From Candidatus Moranbacteria bacterium GW2011_GWE2_35_2- (lineage in GTDB: Bacteria; Patescibacteriota; Minisyncoccia; Moranbacterales; UBA9337), in contig LBQD01000003.1 in NCBI GenBank assembly GCA_000990585.1, positions 79,504-143,503 of the forward strand: 64,000 bases of DNA, read 5' to 3'. Within the stretch, counting starts at the first letter, position 1. Each line of letters starts with the position of its first letter. Made by a program: the position numbers and the translations under genes. Positions 57,288-64,000 of the stretch are shown in pieces. Below the pieces are notes generated by a model. The model saw only the letters and a list, made by a program, of their open reading frames with translations. It did not search any database and was not told the origin of the DNA.

Positions 57288-57679
57288 ATTATTTCTTTTT
57301 TAGCATAAAAGGTGATTGCTATTGTTAGTATTGTCGTAATGATAATTTCCCATAGAGAAAAACCGAAAAGGGAAAGAAAGATTATAATTAAAAATAAAAC
57401 AAACAACAACCAAAAGGTTAAGCTGTTTTCTTCTTGTGGAGTCGTTGAGATATCTTCTTGTCCTGACTTTTTCGACAAAAAAGCGGAAATGATAATCGTT
57501 GCAATTAGAATCCAAGTTAGAATTGTCATGCTTATATGAGAAGAAATTATTCCCGGAAGGATTGCTTCGGCCAGCAGAATCATTCCATAGGAAAACATAA
57601 AAAGAATCAAAAAATCTCGAGAGAGTTTTGAAAGAATAATGATTAGATTTTTATTATTTGTGATTTTTGCGATATTCAT
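57284..57679 (-). CDS. Hypothetical membrane protein (about 4 TM segments)
   Basis: Hydrophobic; translationally coupled to the upstream gene. Confidence 0.7.
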   Translation of the reverse strand: MNIAKITNNKNLIIILSKLSRDFLILFMFSYGMILLAEAILPGIISSHISMTILTWILIATIIISAFLSKKSGQEDISTTPQEENSLTFWLLFVLFLIIIFLSLFGFSLWEIIITTILTIAITFYAKKEII

Positions 57680-58629
57680 CTTCGTGTAAGATATTTTAGA
57701 ATGATTCTGTTTTTTATTTTGCTTAGTGAATTTCTGATATTATTCCAAGTTATTTTTTCTCCAAGTTGAATTCTGACTTGTTCCGGCTGTGTCTGTTTTT
57801 CTAAATCAAGATAAATTCGATAGTCTTTTCCCGGATAATTGACGAAATCTTCAATTGAAATCTGGCAATTATATCTCTCGAAAATAATATCATCTGACAG
57901 AGAGCAGCTTTGTCCGTTTGTAATTGCCGATTCGATAACAGAAACCGAAGATTTATTTTTCAGATACGAATCAATTATTTCTTTTGAGCCCTTGATTTCT
58001 CTTTTTTGTCCTTTTGAAATATAAAAATATTTGTTAGTATCTGTGGTATAAAAAATTGTTCCATCCGGGTGGACATCATTTATATTTATTAATGAACCTT
58101 TTTCATATTTTGATAAAGATTCTTCGTCAAATGGCACGACATCGCTCCATTTATAGCCAAAAGCCTCAAAGGTTGTTGGACTGTCGATTGGGAGTTTTTG
58201 GTTTTCGTGAATTATATAGACTGTTTCTTGTGAAGAAACGAGTCTTCCATTATCCGGATTGAGATTTGATGCGGATATTTCTTTTGTAAAGTCTTCTCCT
58301 TGCGGGTAAAAAAAGGCTTGATAAGACTTGTTAATAGAGGCACTACCTATTTCATTATTTTTTTCTTGAAAATTTTTATTTTCAAAAAATATTTTTGCTT
58401 CGGAAAAATCATTTATTGAGGAAGCGAAAAGAGTAATTGCGTCATTAGATCGTTGAAAATTTTTCAAGTTATTTTTGTTGCTTTCCGGATTATCGAAAGA
58501 AAAATTGAAATCCTGAGAGGATAGCAGGACTTTATATGAAAGATAAATTCCGGCAAACAAAAAGGTGATCACCAGAAATATTCTGGAAATTTGATATGCC
58601 TGCTGCCAATTTTTCGGTAATTTTTGCAT
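57676..58629 (-). CDS. Membrane-anchored extracellular hypothetical protein
   Basis: N-terminal TM segment; repeated DG.L/I...Y.I...K motif. Confidence 0.75.
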   Translation of the reverse strand: MQKLPKNWQQAYQISRIFLVITFLFAGIYLSYKVLLSSQDFNFSFDNPESNKNNLKNFQRSNDAITLFASSINDFSEAKIFFENKNFQEKNNEIGSASINKSYQAFFYPQGEDFTKEISASNLNPDNGRLVSSQETVYIIHENQKLPIDSPTTFEAFGYKWSDVVPFDEESLSKYEKGSLININDVHPDGTIFYTTDTNKYFYISKGQKREIKGSKEIIDSYLKNKSSVSVIESAITNGQSCSLSDDIIFERYNCQISIEDFVNYPGKDYRIYLDLEKQTQPEQVRIQLGEKITWNNIRNSLSKIKNRIILKYLTRR

Positions 58630-58636
58630 AGTTGTG

Positions 58637-60439
58637 TTATTTCTCAATCTCAAATATTACGCCGGAAACGATTTCATATTTTTTGCTTGCAAATTTCAAT
58701 TCTAAATTTTCATCATCTTCATTATTCTCCAATCTGTGTGTTTGCAGGGAATAATTTTTCAAAAAATGCATTCGAGATTCTATCGGGCTGTTTTGATAAA
58801 ACGCGATATTTTTATCGGGAGCTATTAAATATATTCTATCAAATTTTTCCAAATTAAGCTTGTCGAAGTCTTGCGGGTTGAAAAAATAGACGGAATTTTT
58901 TTCAAAAATAAAATTCATCGGACCGCTAATCATTGCCCAACCATCTCCGCTTGCCAGACGGTCAATTAAAATTAAGTCATTGCTCGAAAAATTTTGACTG
59001 ATTTTTTTTATTTGTTCGAGCAACTTGTTGTTTTCTGAAAAATCAAGGTGGCGGACAAAAGCAGGAAGGTTTCCGGCAAGTAATAGAAAAAATATTATTA
59101 TTGCTAACAGACGGATATTTTTTCTGAAATGTAGGTGAAGTTTGGATAGAAAAAGAATAGAGTAGAAAATGAAAATAGGGAGAATGGAAAAGGCGAAGCG
59201 TCGGAGCATCCACGGGTGATCGGAAGAAATATTGGAATCGATGAGATAAATAAAAGACGGACTGGTAATCAGTAAAGGCATAAGAATCAGATATTTTTTC
59301 TTTTTCAGAAAATAAAAAATACCAACAATTCCTGCAATAAAAAATCCCAATAGTCCATAGAGAAAATAAATTTTCAAACTGTATAAAGCGGGATAAATAT
59401 ATTTTTCCAAAAGATTTGTTTCGGTGTCAAGGTTAACGATAGTGTTTTGCGTTGAACCAAAAATGGCTTTGGAAATTTCCTTGTAGAATCCTAGATTGGC
59501 ATGAAAATTTATGACGAAAATTACTGCCAGAATTATGAGCGGAATAATAGCGAAAGAAGAAATATTTTTTTTGATATATTCGCGCGCTTGAAGCGAGAAA
59601 AAGATGGCAATAAAGCTGAATACGAAAAAGGCTACTCCTTCAATTCGAGCAAAGATTAGTAATGAGGAAGAAAGAAAAAAATACCAGTATGAGCTTTTTG
59701 CGGGTTTTTGTAAAAATAAAACCAAGTTTAATATGGAAAACCAAAGCAGGGTTAGTGCTATATTTTCAGTGAGAGTGAATTTTGCTATCCAGAAAAATGA
59801 AAAACTTGTTAGTAGTAGAAGTATTCCAAATGTGGCGCATTTTTTGGCGACAAATATTCGCAGAAGTAAATAAAAAGAGCAAGCAAAAAGGAAAAAGAGT
59901 ATTGCATTCGCAATGATCAATCCGAGTAGTCCCAGTCCAAATATTGAAAAAAATACAGCCAGCCAGCCTATATAGACTAACGGAAATTGAGTTATTAGTG
60001 TCCCATTTTCAGTGTAGTGAAATCCGGGAAAGTTGAGCGCTTTGCCTGGTCCGTATATTTTGAAAAATTCTTGACTGGCGGGGGTGGAAAATTCCAGTTG
60101 GTGGTTTTGCGCCAAGCGGATAGCAGCTTCACTGATTGATCCCTGATCGCGTCCGGAAAAAACGGTCGGAGTGGAAAAGAAAGAAACTGCAATAGCAATA
60201 ATCGCGATTGCTAAATATATAATGATCATTTCTTTGGAAATTCGAAAGCGTTTTTTTCTAATAGAGCGAAGTAGGTAGGAAATTCCGAAAATAAAATAAG
60301 CTTCAAAAATATATTCGTAAAAAAGTCCCGATAGTGATAGAGTGAACGCTAAAAATCCCAATCCCAGCCAAAATAAAAAAAAGCGAGAATAGATTTTGTA
60401 ATCGGATGTGGCAAGTATGTTTTTTCTTTGATTTTCCAT
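58637..60439 (-). CDS. Multi-TM GT-C-type glycosyltransferase (probable)
   Basis: More than 12 TM segments, RD in the first loop, glycan-locus context; start uncertain. Confidence 0.6.
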   Translation of the reverse strand: MENQRKNILATSDYKIYSRFFLFWLGLGFLAFTLSLSGLFYEYIFEAYFIFGISYLLRSIRKKRFRISKEMIIIYLAIAIIAIAVSFFSTPTVFSGRDQGSISEAAIRLAQNHQLEFSTPASQEFFKIYGPGKALNFPGFHYTENGTLITQFPLVYIGWLAVFFSIFGLGLLGLIIANAILFFLFACSFYLLLRIFVAKKCATFGILLLLTSFSFFWIAKFTLTENIALTLLWFSILNLVLFLQKPAKSSYWYFFLSSSLLIFARIEGVAFFVFSFIAIFFSLQAREYIKKNISSFAIIPLIILAVIFVINFHANLGFYKEISKAIFGSTQNTIVNLDTETNLLEKYIYPALYSLKIYFLYGLLGFFIAGIVGIFYFLKKKKYLILMPLLITSPSFIYLIDSNISSDHPWMLRRFAFSILPIFIFYSILFLSKLHLHFRKNIRLLAIIIFFLLLAGNLPAFVRHLDFSENNKLLEQIKKISQNFSSNDLILIDRLASGDGWAMISGPMNFIFEKNSVYFFNPQDFDKLNLEKFDRIYLIAPDKNIAFYQNSPIESRMHFLKNYSLQTHRLENNEDDENLELKFASKKYEIVSGVIFEIEK

Positions 60440-60564
60440 ATTTAAAATATACATTGTCTTGGCGGATAAGTAAACCGAGAGAGAGGTTCTTGATAAATTT
60501 TTTGTATTGACAAAAAAGAATTTGTCTGCTAGAATCACATATCAAATTTGAATATGTAAAAAAT

Positions 60565-61221
60565 ATGACTAATAGCGTAAATATGGCTCAAAATAAGCAA
60601 AAAATTGGAACATTCTTGTTGGCGGGGTTTTTGTTGGCGGCTTTGTCGTTTCTTTTTTTGGTCGTGAGTCAGAAAAGTTTCAAGGCTTCTACTGATTATT
60701 TGGTGGTGCCGACCGGCGGGGAGGACTCAAAAGATTTTTATTCCGTGTTCAAATCAGCTGAATATGTGAACCGAGTTTTAGGGGAAGTTGTGTATAGCGA
60801 GCTTTTCATTGATCAAGTGGTTAAAACCGGAGAGGTGAATGGTGAATTTCTTCCTTTTGATCGAAAAGAAAGATTGGAAGAGTGGAGTAATCGGGTGAAA
60901 GTAGGCGGAAAATTTCAATATGGAATCGTGAGTTTTGAAGTTTTTGCCAATAGTCAAAAAGAAGCGGTGCAAATTTCCAATGCGATTGCAAAAGTAATGG
61001 AAGCCGGAGGAAGCGTGCTGGATGGAAAGGCTGATTTGCACGTGCAAATTTTGACGGGGCCGATTTGGGAAAAAAATCCGAGCGTCAAAGAAATAGTTGC
61101 TGTCGTGATCGGAGGGTTTTTGGTTGGTGTAATTTTGAGCGCGATGTGGGCGTATTATTTTGCAACAATGGGATTGCCACGGGAAGAGAAGGAATATTTA
61201 GAGAGTTTGAATGAACTTTAA
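60565..61221 (+). CDS. Wzz/CpsC-like membrane protein
   Basis: Two TM segments with ILTGP...P before the second. Confidence 0.65.
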   Translation: MTNSVNMAQNKQKIGTFLLAGFLLAALSFLFLVVSQKSFKASTDYLVVPTGGEDSKDFYSVFKSAEYVNRVLGEVVYSELFIDQVVKTGEVNGEFLPFDRKERLEEWSNRVKVGGKFQYGIVSFEVFANSQKEAVQISNAIAKVMEAGGSVLDGKADLHVQILTGPIWEKNPSVKEIVAVVIGGFLVGVILSAMWAYYFATMGLPREEKEYLESLNEL

Positions 61222-61270
61222 ATTAAGAATCAAGAATTAGGAATCAAGAAGTGAGAATTAGGAATTGGAG
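61221..61270. repeat. Degenerate heptamer tandem repeat
   Basis: AATTAAG AATCAAG AATTAGG AATCAAG AAGTGAG AATTAGG. Confidence 0.75.
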
Positions 61271-61475
61271 TTTAGATAGAAAAATTTTCTTGGTGGAAGT
61301 GGTGAGTTGTTTGGAAATTGGTATGTTTTTTTTGAAACATATTCTTTCGAAGCTCACTCTTCCGCTTGGAAGTTCCAAGTGTTGGATATATTTTTTTGCA
61401 CATTAACTCACGGTCGTGAGAAAATGTGCTATAAAATAAGTTGTCTTGACAACTTAATAGGTAATCAATACAAAC

Positions 61476-61501
61476 ATTACCATATTTCGTAATATGGTAA
61501 T
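61476..61501. repeat. 26-bp palindrome, copy 2
   Basis: Identical to 5856..5881. Confidence 0.9.
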
Positions 61502-61570
61502 GATGAGATATATATGGGAAGTTAATTCCCGATATTTCAAATCAAAAACTTCTGCACTGGGAGGTGCGTG

Positions 61571-62458
61571 ATGAAAAATTTTCTGAAGTATGTCGCTGTT
61601 TTATTTTTCGTTAGCGCATTTCTTTTGACAGGGTGCGCGAATAAGATTGAAGTTTTCACCGGCACTGAAATTCCGGTAGAAAATTCTGTTACGGAATTCA
61701 AAATCGATCAACCACCTGTAATGACTCTCGGTATTCCGATGGCGGATTACCGAAGTGCTCAAGAGTTTGTCGTGCCATTTTCCAGAGAGCTGGAAAATGA
61801 ATACCGATTATTTAGGGTATCCTGGATCGTTGTCGGAATTGATTCTTCGGGAAATTTATATCCCGGAGTTGGTATTCTTGAGACCGATAAGCGCAATTCT
61901 GCCGGGAACTTTTGGTGCATTGGCAAAGTTTTTGCTCCGCAAAGAGAGGGAATAAATATCTTTATTCTTTCTACGCGAGCAAAATATGCCTATGGAATTG
62001 AGGATAAAGGTATTCTTATTGACCGCAATCTTTTGGGCAATAAGGAATATCTCGCTTCGATTTTTTCCAAGGGAATTCCCCTTTCGAGTCTCTTTGAGAC
62101 TGATAGATTCGGGATTGTGACGGCGACTTGGGAGAGTAAGAGAACTCCTTTCGGATTCCTTACAACTTCTTGTGAGGATAAAGTGATTGATTCGATTGCT
62201 GTCATTAATACCGGATACTCTCCAGATGAAAGACGAATGAGAGATCGGCGAAATGTCATTGCTCCGAATCCTATCGGAATGGCAATTAGCTGGTCTGTTG
62301 ATGGATATCAGGAGATTCAAGAACAGCGCGGGGTTTTCAAAACTTCCGGCTGGGACTTTGATTCTCCAGTATCTGAAGAAGAAAAAAATCTTTTGCGACA
62401 AACTCTGAACAGTTTCAGAGCGGTTGCAAGAGTTATCGATTACGGAGGCTTACCATGA
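61571..62458 (+). CDS. Putative lipoprotein
   Basis: GGAGG SD; signal peptide with LTGC lipobox. Confidence 0.8.
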   Translation: MKNFLKYVAVLFFVSAFLLTGCANKIEVFTGTEIPVENSVTEFKIDQPPVMTLGIPMADYRSAQEFVVPFSRELENEYRLFRVSWIVVGIDSSGNLYPGVGILETDKRNSAGNFWCIGKVFAPQREGINIFILSTRAKYAYGIEDKGILIDRNLLGNKEYLASIFSKGIPLSSLFETDRFGIVTATWESKRTPFGFLTTSCEDKVIDSIAVINTGYSPDERRMRDRRNVIAPNPIGMAISWSVDGYQEIQEQRGVFKTSGWDFDSPVSEEEKNLLRQTLNSFRAVARVIDYGGLP

Positions 62459-64000
62459 AATTATTTCTTACAGTTTTTGTTTCTGTTGTTCTGGCTTTGG
62501 CTGGAATAGCTGAAGCAAAGCCGTATAAAGTTGTGAAGGGTGATACGCTTAGCGGTATTGCTCTTCGTGAAATGGGTTCAGTGAAATTTATTGAGGATAT
62601 CATGAAAGTGAATTCTCAAAAAATTAAAAATTCCAAGCATATCGAGGTTGGTTGGAATATTGAAATTCCGGAATCTTCTGCGAAGGAGCAACTGGTAAAA
62701 AATATTCTGACTGTTTCCAAGAAAAAAGTAGTTGTCGCAAAAAAAGTGACAACTGGCACTAAGGAAAATCCCGCCGCTTATACTAATAGCGAAGTCGGGG
62801 ATGATCCTTGGCGCGGGAATGTTATTGAAGGCTTGAGACTTTTGGGAATTGATATTCTCGAAGGTGCTGATGTCCGTTTTTCTTACGAGGGAATGGACGA
62901 ATTGAAACCCGGAGAGGTTGTTCAGATGTTGTCCGGGAAGAATAAGGCGAAGTGGTATGAGGTGCAACTGTCTCCTGAGAAGGCGATGGTGCGCAGGCTT
63001 GGCATTATCATCAACGGAAAGCGCATTGGTGTAGTCTATCTGAAACCCGAGTGTGCCAATTGGCTTACAAGGGAAGATCTGCCGCCCGTGCCGTCAGAAC
63101 CTGCTCCTCCTGCTGCGCCCGAACCGGAAAATCCTTCGATTTCAATGCCGATCGTGGAGCCTTTTGTGCCCTTTGAGCCGTTTATACCTTGGGTGCCGGA
63201 AAAACCGCCACAGTGTCGAGATTTCGAACTGTCGTTGGGTACCGGCTTGCTCTTTGGGAGTGAGGCTAGTATGAAGGATCAATGGTATTATGGCGAGGGT
63301 ATGTACTGGAATTCTTGTTGGGGGTGGAGCCAAGGTATCGGATTCTACTTCAATGGAGATTTCGGCGATGTCGATTCTCCATACGAATGGGATAATTTTG
63401 GTATCGGACCGCAAGTCGGTCTCCGGTATCAAGGCATTATCAAGGATAAGAGCGGAGTGGTTCATCCTTTTGGATGGACTGCCAAGCTTCGCTTGATTTG
63501 GGCTAATGCCACGGGGAACAATCCTGAATCCGGTTATGATATGAGCCAAAAAGATCTTCTTCTTGGTCTGTACAATGAGTATCTGCGTCAATTGAAAAAG
63601 GGATTGATTGTCGGTATCACGTTTGAAGCATGGATGAGCTTATATTCATCTATTGATTCGACGTGGAGTGGTGATTCGCCCTCTGATAGGGCCAGAGCGG
63701 AAATCAAGATTTTCTTGCAAAAGAAAATATCCGAAGATTGGCAGATCAGAGGCGGACTCAGTTCTTTTTATCAATTCAGCGATTATACTCTTGCCGCCGG
63801 TCCTTTCGGGGAGTTTCGGTACAATGAGTGGCTGATGATTGGGGCATCTGCTTATTATCTCTTTCCGGGTGTTGTAGGTGGTCCGAGTGTCCGAATTGAG
63901 ATGGGAAATTATTTCCGTCAAAAACGTCAACAACAGATTCTCGAGGGGATTTGGGCTGTTGATGCGGATGGAAATCCCAAAGAAGTAAATCACGGCAAAA
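62455..64000 (+). CDS. Secreted LysM protein with Pro-rich linker and predicted beta-barrel-like domain, 3'-partial (absent from the ORF track)
   Basis: Translated by hand and open to the window end: signal peptide, YKVVKGDTLSGIA...IEVGWNIEIP, PPVPSEPAPPAAPEP, then amphipathic strands. Confidence 0.88.
   Translation, partial: MKLFLTVFVSVVLALAGIAEAKPYKVVKGDTLSGIALREMGSVKFIEDIMKVNSQKIKNSKHIEVGWNIEIPESSAKEQLVKNILTVSKKKVVVAKKVTTGTKENPAAYTNSEVGDDPWRGNVIEGLRLLGIDILEGADVRFSYEGMDELKPGEVVQMLSGKNKAKWYEVQLSPEKAMVRRLGIIINGKRIGVVYLKPECANWLTREDLPPVPSEPAPPAAPEPENPSISMPIVEPFVPFEPFIPWVPEKPPQCRDFELSLGTGLLFGSEASMKDQWYYGEGMYWNSCWGWSQGIGFYFNGDFGDVDSPYEWDNFGIGPQVGLRYQGIIKDKSGVVHPFGWTAKLRLIWANATGNNPESGYDMSQKDLLLGLYNEYLRQLKKGLIVGITFEAWMSLYSSIDSTWSGDSPSDRARAEIKIFLQKKISEDWQIRGGLSSFYQFSDYTLAAGPFGEFRYNEWLMIGASAYYLFPGVVGGPSVRIEMGNYFRQKRQQQILEGIWAVDADGNPKEVNHGK

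Noticed and set aside
62578-63993. Short ORFs listed in the track at the window end
   Set aside because: They are shadows of the long + strand ORF starting at 62455 that runs off the window.

Overview
AT-rich chromosomal window from a Patescibacteria/CPR (Parcubacteria-like) bacterium; the assignment is inferred from gene content and is not proven. Housekeeping genes include a thymidylate cluster, gatB, miaA/miaB, thrS, intein-containing dnaE, rnhB, rpmF-nusB-rnc, a short SMC, rpsP, rplJ-rplL, an RND pair, dnaX, mraZ-rsmH-ftsL-ftsI-murF, a dTDP-rhamnose/glycan locus and two tRNAs. Main accessory features: (1) a diversity-generating retroelement (target/VR, TR, antisense avd, RT). The divergent avd and RT genes overlap at their 5' ends across one G9 tract, and removing a single G puts both ATGs in frame, which suggests a shared phase switch. 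RT also has a +1 frameshift near its C-terminus. (2) A GIY-YIG gene and an intact tRNA-Glu lie between 5' and 3' tRNA-Glu fragments, each interrupted in a loop by the same 32-bp double hairpin. Similar double-hairpin inserts occur in miaB and in the L10 leader. (3) Secreted accessory genes with Shine-Dalgarno sites, including a LysM protein with a predicted beta-barrel in a presumed monoderm.
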